Assembly (NCBI GenBank): GCA_038523235.1
Contig: JBCBJQ010000013.1
Span: 27,915 to 91,914 of the forward strand
Length of the DNA: 64,000 nucleotides
DNA from: Cyanobacteria bacterium J06626_4
GTDB lineage: Bacteria > Cyanobacteriota > Cyanobacteriia > Phormidesmidales > Phormidesmidaceae
Direction: 5' to 3'
A program made the position numbers and the translations under genes. Shown here one piece after another: positions 18,601 to 26,996 of this stretch. Position 1 is the first letter of the stretch. Every line of letters starts with the position of its first letter. The notes beneath the pieces were generated by a model, which was given only the letters and a program-made list of their open reading frames with translations, was not told the origin of the DNA and searched no databases.

Positions 18601-20744
18601 AGGCAGCTCCGGCCATTCAGCCACAAGCGGATCCGCCGCTAGCCAGTGCTGATGCACCAGCCGCTCAAACTGGGAGCAGTGAATCGATTTCGCTACAGCG
18701 ATCGCTCGATCCCAGCGATCCGCCCTCAACGCCTGCGACTGTCGGTGAGGTCTCCATCCAGCGACAGTCAGCCCCACAACCGGCACCCACAGCACCACCG
18801 ATTCAGCTCGATACGCCAGCCGAGACGTCAGGCACATCCCCTAGTGTTGCTGCAAATCCGATAGTTCAAGCGCGGGCGATCGCGCCCACGGCCAATGCTG
18901 ACAGTTCTGCTTCAACGGCGGCACCTGAGACGAGTACCCCCACCATTCAGCCCGCCACCAATCCGCAAGGATCAGCGGAATCCACAGAGGCGGCAATCGC
19001 CACCCCAGTCATCCAACAGCAGGCCACGCCTAACGCGACCACGATCCCTCCAACGGCGTCGCCTGCAGCCCCATTACCGGTGACACCCGCAATTCAGCGA
19101 TCGCCAGTTGATGAGTCCAGTACTCCGCCAACAGCGTCGCCTCCAGCCGTAACGCCTGCAGTTCCGACACTTCAACAGCAACCGGCCCTTCATTCATCAG
19201 ACTCACCTGCTGACGCAATAGAGTCGCGATCCCTCCAAGCTGTTGACGCTAGCTCAACGTCTCCCACCGTGCAGCAGCAAACGACGGCAACGCCAGCGGC
19301 TCCCACCCCAGCGCATCCAGTCACGGAGCCGACAGATGCCGTCTTGCAGGCTTCATCTGACAGCCCCCCCAATTCCCCCACTCAATCCGTCGCTGATGCA
19401 CCGGATGCCATCGTGCAACCGCAAGTGGCCCCTTTCCCGGTGACGGGTGAGCAGTCGGCGGGGGTGCAGCGATCGCCCTCGCCATTCCTACCCGAGACGG
19501 CAGTGCCGCAGCCGCAGGCAGAGACGACACTAGAGCAGAGCCACCAGATTCAGCGATCATCCGATAGCAGCTCAACGACATGGGCTCAGCCCAGTCCTGA
19601 TCGCTCATCAGACTCTCCTCAGGTCACTGCTGTTCCTGCAGTCACACCAGCCGTGCAACCGCAGACGGTACCGCCACCAGAGATTACGGATCAGAGTGCT
19701 GCAGCCGTGCCTCTCCAGCGATCGCCAGACGCTACGGTGCCTGCCACTAATCCTGATGGGATTCCAGCGATCGCTGATTCAACACCAGTTCATACTCAAG
19801 GTGCGATCGGGCCAGGCAGCCAGCCGCGTGCATCAAGCCATCCGGCGGCAGCAAGCACCCCATCGAATGCCCCGACAGCCCCAGAGAGTTCAGCAACGCT
19901 ACCGACGATTCAGGCCCGTGAAACCGCTGATGGGAACCTCGCGCCCGCCCCGGCGCCAGGGGTAAATCCAGTCATGCAGCGGGAGGCTCAGCCCACCCAG
20001 GCGACGCAGCCAGCGCCAGCGGTGCCTCAACAGTGGTCCACGGTGGCTCAGCTCATGGGCGAAGAAGCCCCCGCGTCGTCTCCTGTCCCTAACCCTGACT
20101 CGGTCAAGGTGCAGCGAGAGACTGCCATGGCCGAAGCCGAAGCGGACGAGGCAGCGGCTGATAGCGAAGAAGAGACCACGCTGTCAGCAGAGGAATGGCA
20201 AGAACAGCTGCGCCAAAGTTTGCAGGGAGCCTTGCCCGGCGATGACGAAGAAAGTCAACTGTTGGTTGAAAGCTTTTTGGCTAAAGCGGCGGGATTTGAG
20301 GAGGAATACAACGAGTTTTTTGCCAGTACGGTGGTTGAGCGGGTTGAGAACGACGAGGACTTTAACGAAAGTACCCAAGAACTGCAGACCGAAACGCCAG
20401 AATTTACGGAAGAGCAGTTTTTTGAATCGTTAGAGGAGGCGCTAGCGGCAGAAGACGAAGCTTTTCAAGCCGGGCTGGCAGAGAGTATCCAGGAAGCTGA
20501 TCAGGTGATTTTAGAAGCGCTCGCCCTGCGGCTAGAAGAGGCCGATGATGAGTTTTTAGAGGCATTGGCCGAGACCATTTTAGACGCGGATGTGGAGTTT
20601 CCGGAGGGGGAATATCTCACGCCAGAAGAAGCGGCCCAAGAGTTGGAACTGCTGGCGCGGGAGATGTATAGCCTCATGGGGCAAAAAATCGCCCACGATC
20701 GCGAACGACAAGGGGGGCGATATGCCGGGAGGTTGCCGTGGTGA
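15684..20744 (+). CDS. Giant low-complexity P/S/T/A-rich CIS protein with VQR/VQA repeats and acidic C-terminal region
   Basis: 1686-aa ORF with ATGA overlap to the tube gene; ends LAREMYSLMGQKIAHDRERQGGRYAGRLPW, resembling C-termini of CIS-locus proteins. Confidence 0.75.
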   Translation: MTITPMTAGSTASPDRPLGASQPLGKTVISPKLIAPLGAQSLTVLQPFPNAHWAAAGDTAQMVPLQARSQSPATDNTSSTTPSTEGAPAIQTAATEPAPSPSDSPTSGRSPVIQPATAPTPTSTSPETPAENTAATAPPAAAPSVQAQAAPPATTPTSTTTPTTKPSIQAQPAPPSTPAAETTTSSAAAPLLQAQAATPSTSSPQIPEVQLQPSDSLPPADAPAAARPAAPLAPGNSPSSPQIQASSDPKPPTSAPQPAPTTTSPVVQAQSEPSASPQPSSASPVSPSASLTSGDVPNSPAVQARLTPQPPSSAPEPAPTTASPVVQAQSQSSPALPSAPLATENSPNSSTVQARSAPPPPTSAPEPSLKAMPASPVVQAQSGNAPPQSSSAPPLPAAESATGSSPVASDRSSNPAPIQAQAMPERSPSVSAEPPSIQAQPAPAFPSRPAAEASHSSPQIQASSAGSPQPDSSSPTSPTVQAATDASSAATGPRSPDPSPTTTPPAAQTAPTVQRQSVDVGPSVQRSPSTGLDSSPAAPPIQNAHSPQPTTAGTPASTVDGTIQRQSSPASTGSNLNSGEPPTPPNVGSTQPDTLQRSPDYTAATSADVTIARSPSPATTPATDSPAPASDATTPNVQRQATPASSPATTSPQPAASAASSASSDSLDVQRQHDTTGETSGSNLPGTNAPPTVQPAATTPSATVQRSPGDTSDPSAISTPSDVSQPSSETPSAVPLQRQSASASVEPTLPTVGNTTDTSEIQRSPTAAAPATEGAVQQQTDSTVQASPTVQASPTVQASPTAVEGASSTSSSEADRPTVQRSPASPASAPVFTGQGEVESAPTTADSPAIQRQPVPSPTTAEPSTAGITPNESSPLQRSPDSDSAITSPTAAGEVSVQRQADSSPSTPIAPAQPAATSATDAVQRQVAPGSPEVLSPTTNGSGDRPTVQRSPDGAAVSAPDSATATTSLPNIQAAPAIQPQADPPLASADAPAAQTGSSESISLQRSLDPSDPPSTPATVGEVSIQRQSAPQPAPTAPPIQLDTPAETSGTSPSVAANPIVQARAIAPTANADSSASTAAPETSTPTIQPATNPQGSAESTEAAIATPVIQQQATPNATTIPPTASPAAPLPVTPAIQRSPVDESSTPPTASPPAVTPAVPTLQQQPALHSSDSPADAIESRSLQAVDASSTSPTVQQQTTATPAAPTPAHPVTEPTDAVLQASSDSPPNSPTQSVADAPDAIVQPQVAPFPVTGEQSAGVQRSPSPFLPETAVPQPQAETTLEQSHQIQRSSDSSSTTWAQPSPDRSSDSPQVTAVPAVTPAVQPQTVPPPEITDQSAAAVPLQRSPDATVPATNPDGIPAIADSTPVHTQGAIGPGSQPRASSHPAAASTPSNAPTAPESSATLPTIQARETADGNLAPAPAPGVNPVMQREAQPTQATQPAPAVPQQWSTVAQLMGEEAPASSPVPNPDSVKVQRETAMAEAEADEAAADSEEETTLSAEEWQEQLRQSLQGALPGDDEESQLLVESFLAKAAGFEEEYNEFFASTVVERVENDEDFNESTQELQTETPEFTEEQFFESLEEALAAEDEAFQAGLAESIQEADQVILEALALRLEEADDEFLEALAETILDADVEFPEGEYLTPEEAAQELELLAREMYSLMGQKIAHDRERQGGRYAGRLPW
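18033..18086 (+). repeat. 18-bp tandem repeat x3 (VQASPT)
   Basis: GTTCARGCATCACCGACG three times in tandem. Confidence 0.9.
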
Positions 20745-20766
20745 ACCGATGGGGGGAGGGCGCTAA

Positions 20767-21804
20767 ATGACGGTGTTAGAAAAGGCGCGGCTGTTTTGTC
20801 CAGACAGTTCGTCGCTCGACTTTCAATTTATGTTTAACCCTGACAAGGTGCAGTTTAAAGAAGCAGTCAAAGTGGGCGAGTCGGAGTCGGCGCGGACGGA
20901 AAGTGGTCGCCCCAAGGTGAGTTTTGAATATCCCAAAGCGCGATCGCTGCGACTCAAAAAAGTCATGTTTGACACCTACGAATCGGGTGAAGACATTATG
21001 GCGGTGTATATCGATCCGCTGCGGCAGTCGGTGCAGTTTCAAGGGTATTCCACTGGGGACACTTACCTGCCGCGTCCGCCCATCTATAAATTTATTTGGG
21101 GCGATAAAGACTACATCACCTGCTTTGTCGAAAAGCTCGATTACAAACTCACAATGTTCCTCGCCAATGGCACACCGGTGCGGGCGGAAGTGAATCTTTC
21201 GCTCAAGGAAGTGGATGATTCTTTTTTATCTTCTGAGGCGCGAAGTTATGACGCCGAGCTGTTTGGCGATCGCGATACGCGCACTCAACCGCCCGCCGCG
21301 ATCTCCGTCTCAGAGGCCAACGAATATTATTTGGCTGACCTCAAGGAGCAATGTGAATCGGGGACTGATGAAGCCGAGGCAAAACGCGAAGAGGCCAAAG
21401 AGAACTATGACCCTGAGGGCAAAGTTCAGCTGTTTAAACATTCCAATAAACAAGGCGACAGTGTCGAGTTTGGCGAGGGCGAATTCGATCGCGGGGACCT
21501 CGGTGATTTGGGCAATAACAACATGACGTCTTTTTTTGTACCCGCCGGTTATCGCGTCACTTTTTACGAAGACTCTAACTTTGGTGGCACCAGTGTTTCA
21601 GCGGTGGGTGAGATCTATATCGCCAATGTCAGAGACGATTCTCGGTACAACCGCTTCAACGATGATCTGTCGAGTTTGGTGGTGACGGTGGATGAAGATG
21701 CCAAGGATCGATATGACGAGCTGATGGCAGAGGCTGATGCTTTGGAATCAGGTGCTCAAGCAGCCTGTGATGAATATCAGGAGCGTCAGGATTGGTATGG
21801 CTAA
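20767..21804 (+). CDS. CIS tube initiator (Afp7-like N-terminal domain) fused to a beta-gamma-crystallin domain
   Basis: FMFNP, FDTYE, RPPIYKFIWG, TMFLANGTPVRAEVNLSLKE; then VQLFKHSNKQG, NNNMTSFFVPAGYRVTFYEDSNFGG, FNDDLSSLVV. Confidence 0.85.
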   Translation: MTVLEKARLFCPDSSSLDFQFMFNPDKVQFKEAVKVGESESARTESGRPKVSFEYPKARSLRLKKVMFDTYESGEDIMAVYIDPLRQSVQFQGYSTGDTYLPRPPIYKFIWGDKDYITCFVEKLDYKLTMFLANGTPVRAEVNLSLKEVDDSFLSSEARSYDAELFGDRDTRTQPPAAISVSEANEYYLADLKEQCESGTDEAEAKREEAKENYDPEGKVQLFKHSNKQGDSVEFGEGEFDRGDLGDLGNNNMTSFFVPAGYRVTFYEDSNFGGTSVSAVGEIYIANVRDDSRYNRFNDDLSSLVVTVDEDAKDRYDELMAEADALESGAQAACDEYQERQDWYG

Positions 21805-21810
21805 TCGGTA

Positions 21811-21961
21811 AACCTCACCGCCTGCGGCACCTTTCCTTCTCTTGGGCGTAGCCTGCCCAGAGGGCTTTGGAGAGGCTCACCTAAAGTCTGTTCAGGGATT
21901 TACCTCAAATGAGACAAGAACTCCGGTTCCTCTCCTTACTAAGGAGAGGCTAGGTGAGGTT
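21811..21961. repeat. Palindromic dispersed repeat (REP/MITE-like)
   Basis: Terminal inverted repeat AACCTCACC/GGTGAGGTT; internal hairpin CCTCTCCTT-ACT-AAGGAGAGG at 21929-21949. Confidence 0.6.
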
Positions 21962-22106
21962 CTACAGCTCTTTGAATAGGGTGTAGTGACCTTTGAGAGA
22001 TAGCCAAACCTCAAGGAACACGTTTCTGCCCACATCTGATTTAGCTGACCTGATGCCTTAATTTATTCACCCAGATTTCTGTTCCAGACCTTACTCACTT
22101 TTAACC

Positions 22107-23924
22107 GTGGCAACTGTAACCTACGTCCCCATTCCCTATTTAGAACTCGGTGGCCAAGCCGTGCCCGATGAGCTGATTAACGACATTCAGCAGCTATCGG
22201 TCGAAGAGAGCCTGCATTTACCAGCGACCTTCACCATCGTGATCGAAAACCCCTATTATCCGGGCAACGATAACGAATCGCCCTGGCGCTACGACGAATA
22301 CTTCACCCTGGGGCAGACGGTGCGCATTGGGTTTCAATCAAGCACCACGACGGATACCGCGTTCAGTGAGCCGAAGATGAGCTACCTGATCGAAGGGGAA
22401 ATCACGGGCATCGAAAGTCACTTCAGCGCCGAATCGCAGGCCCCCGTCATTGTGCGAGGCTACGACACTTCTCATCGCCTGCATCGGGGTCGCCATAACC
22501 GTTCGTATCAAGACTACAAAGACAGCGATATTGTGGCCGAGATTGCCGCCCAAGTCGGCATCGAAATTGGTCAGCTAGACGACAGCGGCGACCCCCGCGC
22601 CTACGTGTTTCAAGAAAACCAGACCAACATGGAATTTCTGCGGTATCGCGCGGCACGGCTAGGCTTTGAGCTATTTGTGCGTGACGGCAAGCTCTATTTT
22701 CGGCAACCGACGGTAGATGACCAACTGGCACTGCAGTGGCTGCAAGATTTTGGTGGTTTTCAGGTGCGGGTGACGACGGCGGAGCAGGTGAGCGGGGTGG
22801 AAGTGCGGAGTTGGGATTATGCCAATAAGCGAGCAATCGTCTCCACCGCCCAAGCCACTGCCCCGCTGACCCAAACCGAATATGGCCAGGGGGCGGACTT
22901 GTCGGTGGGCTTTGGCCTCTCGAACGAGCCGCCTAAAGCCTATGTGGTGGATAAACCGGTGGAAAGCGCTAAAGAAGCCGACGCGATCGCCCAGGCGCTG
23001 TTTGATGAACTGGGTGGCGAATTTACCGTGGCCGATGCCCAGGCGGAGGGCAACCCCGAGATTCGCACTGGGCGGCAGGTGACGCTGACCGATATGGGCA
23101 AATACAGCGGCGACTATTACATCACCGAAACCCGCCACCTTTACTACAACCGGCGCTACACTACCGATTTTGGTGTGCGGGGTTTGCGGGGCGGTAACCG
23201 GCTAGGTGATTTGCTGAGTCAACCCCAGCTGCGACCGGGGCAGACGTTTTTGGTAGGCATTGTCACGAACAATCAAGACCCCGACGAGCTGGGCCGTGTA
23301 CGGGTGCGGTTTCCGACCCTGACGCCGCAGGAAGATGGCAGCGCCCACGAAAGTAACTGGGCGCGAATCGTTGCCGTGGGGGCGGGGGACGATCGCGGTT
23401 TCTATTGCCTGCCCGAAATTGAGGATGAGGTGCTGGTGGGGTTTGAGCATGGCGACATTCACCGCCCCTACGTTTTGGGCAACGTGTGGAATGGCACCGA
23501 CGCCCCACCCCACGCGGTATCCGACACGGTGAATCGGGGTAAAGTGCGCCTGCGGACGTTGCGGACGCGCACCGGCCATCAGATGCAGTTTGTTGAAGAA
23601 GACCAAAACGCCAGCCAGGCCGGGATTTCGCTAGAGACGGCGGCGGGGGCACAGGTGTCGCTCAACGACAGCACCGGCACCATCACGATCGCCACCCCCA
23701 ATGGACATCAGCTCAGCTTTAGCGATAGTCAAGGGGGCATTACGATGCAATCGCAGGGCGGCCATGAGATTACCCTTAACGATGCGCTGCAGGTGCTCAC
23801 GGTGCGATCGACTGGCATCCTCAACCTGCAAGCCACGACGGCGATCAACATTCAGGCGATCGGGCCGATTAATCTGCAGGGGGCGCTGGTCAATTCCGTA
23901 CCGCCGCCTAACCAGCCGTTTTGA
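22107..23924 (+). CDS. VgrG-like spike (Afp8; gp27/gp5 fusion)
   Basis: GYDTSHRLHRGR, FQENQTNMEFL, DPDELGRVRVRFP, LPEIEDEVLVGFEHGDIHRPYVLG, RTRTGH, C-terminal beta-helix repeats. Confidence 0.95.
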   Translation: MATVTYVPIPYLELGGQAVPDELINDIQQLSVEESLHLPATFTIVIENPYYPGNDNESPWRYDEYFTLGQTVRIGFQSSTTTDTAFSEPKMSYLIEGEITGIESHFSAESQAPVIVRGYDTSHRLHRGRHNRSYQDYKDSDIVAEIAAQVGIEIGQLDDSGDPRAYVFQENQTNMEFLRYRAARLGFELFVRDGKLYFRQPTVDDQLALQWLQDFGGFQVRVTTAEQVSGVEVRSWDYANKRAIVSTAQATAPLTQTEYGQGADLSVGFGLSNEPPKAYVVDKPVESAKEADAIAQALFDELGGEFTVADAQAEGNPEIRTGRQVTLTDMGKYSGDYYITETRHLYYNRRYTTDFGVRGLRGGNRLGDLLSQPQLRPGQTFLVGIVTNNQDPDELGRVRVRFPTLTPQEDGSAHESNWARIVAVGAGDDRGFYCLPEIEDEVLVGFEHGDIHRPYVLGNVWNGTDAPPHAVSDTVNRGKVRLRTLRTRTGHQMQFVEEDQNASQAGISLETAAGAQVSLNDSTGTITIATPNGHQLSFSDSQGGITMQSQGGHEITLNDALQVLTVRSTGILNLQATTAINIQAIGPINLQGALVNSVPPPNQPF

Positions 23925-24289
23925 TGGTGAGAGTCAATCGTCAATGCAGCTAAACCACCCCCAGAGCTGGAACCGGATGACTAGCGCGAAGCTGTGGAAT
24001 ACAGCTCTTTGATTTGAGTTTGACATAACCAAAGGACATCGCCCTCAAGAGTTGTAGTGCGAGTCAGACTGCCCCAAACCTGAATCGGGATCTTTGCGCT
24101 TGAGAAATTCGTGCAGGAGGCGGACAGTAACCCTGCTGATTTTGTGGGTCGGGTCGGATTGATTGAGATTGGTGTGATCGCCAAAGAATAAGTGATATAA
24201 ACGTTTTCGCAAGACTCGCCAAAGGTCGAATGTCAGGACCAGCACGACAAGATAAACCTGGAACAGGCACCCAGGAACTCTAAACCGCT

Positions 24290-24721
24290 GTGGCTTCTCA
24301 ACCCTCTAACTTGTCTACTCCCCTCCATCTCGGCACCGGGTTTGCCTATCCGCTCGGGGTCAGCCCTCAGGGCAACCTGCAGGTGAGCCGGGGTGAACAA
24401 AGCGTGCGCGAATCGATGTGGCTGATTTTGCGAACTCGACCGGGTGAGCGGCTACGCCGTCCGGAGTTTGGCTGCCGTCTGCAAGAGCTGACCTTTGCCC
24501 CGCTCAACCAAAAAACGCTGGTGGAGATGCGGCTGCATGTCGAAGCAGCGCTGAAAACCTGGGAGCGGCGCATTTTCGTCGATGAGGTGCGGGTTGATCC
24601 GCAGGCCGAGCTGGGACGGGTGGATATCACGATCGCCTATCGTCTGCGAGACACCTATAGCGCGGGCAGCTTAGTCTATCCGTTTTATTTGCAGCCGCTG
24701 GAAGTGAGCACCGCCCCGTAA
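24290..24721 (+). CDS. gp25/GPW baseplate (sheath initiator) protein, Afp9-like
   Basis: LGTGFAYP, ILRTRPGERLRRPEFGC, WERRI, LVYPFYL. Confidence 0.93.
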   Translation: MASQPSNLSTPLHLGTGFAYPLGVSPQGNLQVSRGEQSVRESMWLILRTRPGERLRRPEFGCRLQELTFAPLNQKTLVEMRLHVEAALKTWERRIFVDEVRVDPQAELGRVDITIAYRLRDTYSAGSLVYPFYLQPLEVSTAP

Positions 24722-24769
24722 CCGCCGCGCCGCCTGACTCAAGCCCCCTCGATTTACCATTAGGAGCCA

Positions 24770-26983
24770 ATGCCGGGTATGGAGTTTGATTTTCTGCCCA
24801 ATCTGCCCAAATCGAACCTGGACGATCGCACCTTTGAGGACTTGGTCGAAGAATGTCTGCAGCGCATTCCTCGCTATTGCCCCGAGTGGACGAACCACAA
24901 TCCCAGCGATCCGGGCATTACCCTGGTGGAACTCTTTTCGTGGCTGACGGACCAAATGCTGGGGCGCTTTAACCAGGTGCCGCGCCGGCAATATGTCGCC
25001 TTTTTAGAACTGCTGGGCATTCGCCTGCAGCCACCGACTCCTGCCCAGGTGGAGATGACCTTTTACCTCAGCAGCGCCCTGCCGCAGCTCTACACCATTC
25101 CGGCAGGTATTGAGCTAGCCACCGAACGCATCACCTCCGAAGAGGCGATCGTCTTCACCACCGAAGCCCCCCTCGCCATTGGCTGTCCCCACATTCGCCA
25201 CGTCTTAACCGCGCCCCAGGCCGAAACCATGCCCCAGAGCCTGCGCGATCGCCTGGCCAATCGCTGGTCAGAGACGGGGGCAGGCGACTGGGGTGGCCCC
25301 GAGCTGGCTCTGTTTAACGAGCAGCCCCAGCCCGGCAACTGTTTCTATCTGGTGTTTGACGAGGCCGACCCGCTTGACGGCAACGCGATCGCCCTTACCG
25401 TTAAGGGACAGCAGGCGACACCCACTGGCATCAACCCCACCCTGCCGCCCCGCCGCTGGGAAGCGTGGGATGGCGAGCAGTGGCAGCCAATTCTGGATCG
25501 CGAAGTGGATGATGAAACCCAGGGCTTTAGCTTTAGCGAGCTGGCCCGTCAGGGGGGCAATCCGCTGCAGGGGGCCGACGTGCTGCTGCATCTGCCGGTG
25601 GAATGGCCCGCCGTGCAGTTCACCACCTATCGCGGCCGCTGGCTGCGCTGCGTCTGTTTACCGGCGGCTGACCAGCGCACCCCCTACGAAGCCACTCCGC
25701 GCATCACCGGCCTCGCCTGTCGGTCGGTGGGCGGCACCGTGCGCGCTAGTCAATGCACCCAAATCGAACGCGAGCTGCTGGGCATCAGCACCGGAGAGCC
25801 GGGTCAAACCTTTACTCTCGCTTCGACTCCGGTGTTGCCCCGCCAGGCCGACGAACATATCGTCACGGTCGATGCCCTGGGTACCCCCCGCCGCTGGATC
25901 GAGGTGAATGACTTCGCCGATTCCGGGCCGCAAGACTTGCACTACACGCTCGATGCGGGGCAGGGCACGATTCAATTTGGTCCCCAGGTGCGCGAGGCCA
26001 GTTCCCTCCGGGCTCAGGTCGCGGCCCAGGCCGGGGGACAAACCGAGTTACTGCGGGGCGCGCGATCGCGATCGCTGGCCCTCGCCGCTAGCCAACCAGA
26101 GGCCGCCGCCCTCGAACATCAGTATGGCGCCGTGGCCCCTCGGGGCAGTCGCATTTTTATGGCGGCCTATCGCACCGGCGGCGGCATCAAAGGCAATGTG
26201 CAGGCGGGCACTGTGCGGGTGCTCAAAACCGCCGTACCCTATGTCACCCAGGTAATTAACCGACAACCAGCCCGCCACGGCTCCGACGGTGAAACCTTAG
26301 ATCAGGCGGTGATTCGGGTGCCGAAACTGCTACGCAGCCGCGATCGCGCCGTCACCCCCGAAGATTTTGAAACCCTGACGCTGCAGGCCGGGCAGGGCGC
26401 TGTGGCCCGCGCCCGTTGCCTGCCGGTCACCACCGACGGGGCGGGTACCGTGCGAGTGCTGGTGATTCCCCAAGCCGATACGACCACGATTGATCAGGGG
26501 CTGGGGCTGGCCCCGGCGGCGCTGAGCTTGGAACCGCTGCTAGAACAGCAAATTCTCAGCTATTTGGATGAGCGGCGGCTGTTGGGAGTGCAGGTTACCT
26601 GCGCCGAGCCCGACTATACCGGCGTCTCGGTGCAAGCCGAGCTGTTTTTAGAGCCCGCCTTTAACCACGCCGAAGGCCGTGAAGACGTGCTGCAGCGGCT
26701 GCGGTTGGCTCTGTATCGCCAGTTCAACCCGTTGATTGGTGGCCCCGATGGCCAGGGCTGGCCCTTTGGTCGGCCGGTCTATATCGCTGACGTGATCGCC
26801 CTCTTCCAGGCCTTTCCGCAAATTCGGCAAATTGGGGCGGTGCAGCTGTTTGAGGTGCGCCATCAGGGCGATCGCTGGCAGCGCCTACCGCCCGCTTCGG
26901 TGATTGATCCGGGCCGCGAAGGCACGATTTGTTCTTGGTTTGACCGCCATCTCAACTCAGGGCATTTCCTGAGTTGTTACTGA
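24770..26983 (+). CDS. Baseplate J-like assembly protein (Afp11-like)
   Basis: LPKSNLDDRTF, PEWTNHNPSDPGITLVELF, YRTGGG..GNV, RAVTPEDFE, GWPFGR. Confidence 0.93.
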   Translation: MPGMEFDFLPNLPKSNLDDRTFEDLVEECLQRIPRYCPEWTNHNPSDPGITLVELFSWLTDQMLGRFNQVPRRQYVAFLELLGIRLQPPTPAQVEMTFYLSSALPQLYTIPAGIELATERITSEEAIVFTTEAPLAIGCPHIRHVLTAPQAETMPQSLRDRLANRWSETGAGDWGGPELALFNEQPQPGNCFYLVFDEADPLDGNAIALTVKGQQATPTGINPTLPPRRWEAWDGEQWQPILDREVDDETQGFSFSELARQGGNPLQGADVLLHLPVEWPAVQFTTYRGRWLRCVCLPAADQRTPYEATPRITGLACRSVGGTVRASQCTQIERELLGISTGEPGQTFTLASTPVLPRQADEHIVTVDALGTPRRWIEVNDFADSGPQDLHYTLDAGQGTIQFGPQVREASSLRAQVAAQAGGQTELLRGARSRSLALAASQPEAAALEHQYGAVAPRGSRIFMAAYRTGGGIKGNVQAGTVRVLKTAVPYVTQVINRQPARHGSDGETLDQAVIRVPKLLRSRDRAVTPEDFETLTLQAGQGAVARARCLPVTTDGAGTVRVLVIPQADTTTIDQGLGLAPAALSLEPLLEQQILSYLDERRLLGVQVTCAEPDYTGVSVQAELFLEPAFNHAEGREDVLQRLRLALYRQFNPLIGGPDGQGWPFGRPVYIADVIALFQAFPQIRQIGAVQLFEVRHQGDRWQRLPPASVIDPGREGTICSWFDRHLNSGHFLSCY

Positions 26984-26996
26984 TGTTGCCGCCCCG

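Noticed and set aside
15746..20433. Many alternative-frame and antisense ORFs within the giant gene
   Set aside because: Expected shadows of a GC-rich low-complexity coding region; no recognisable motifs
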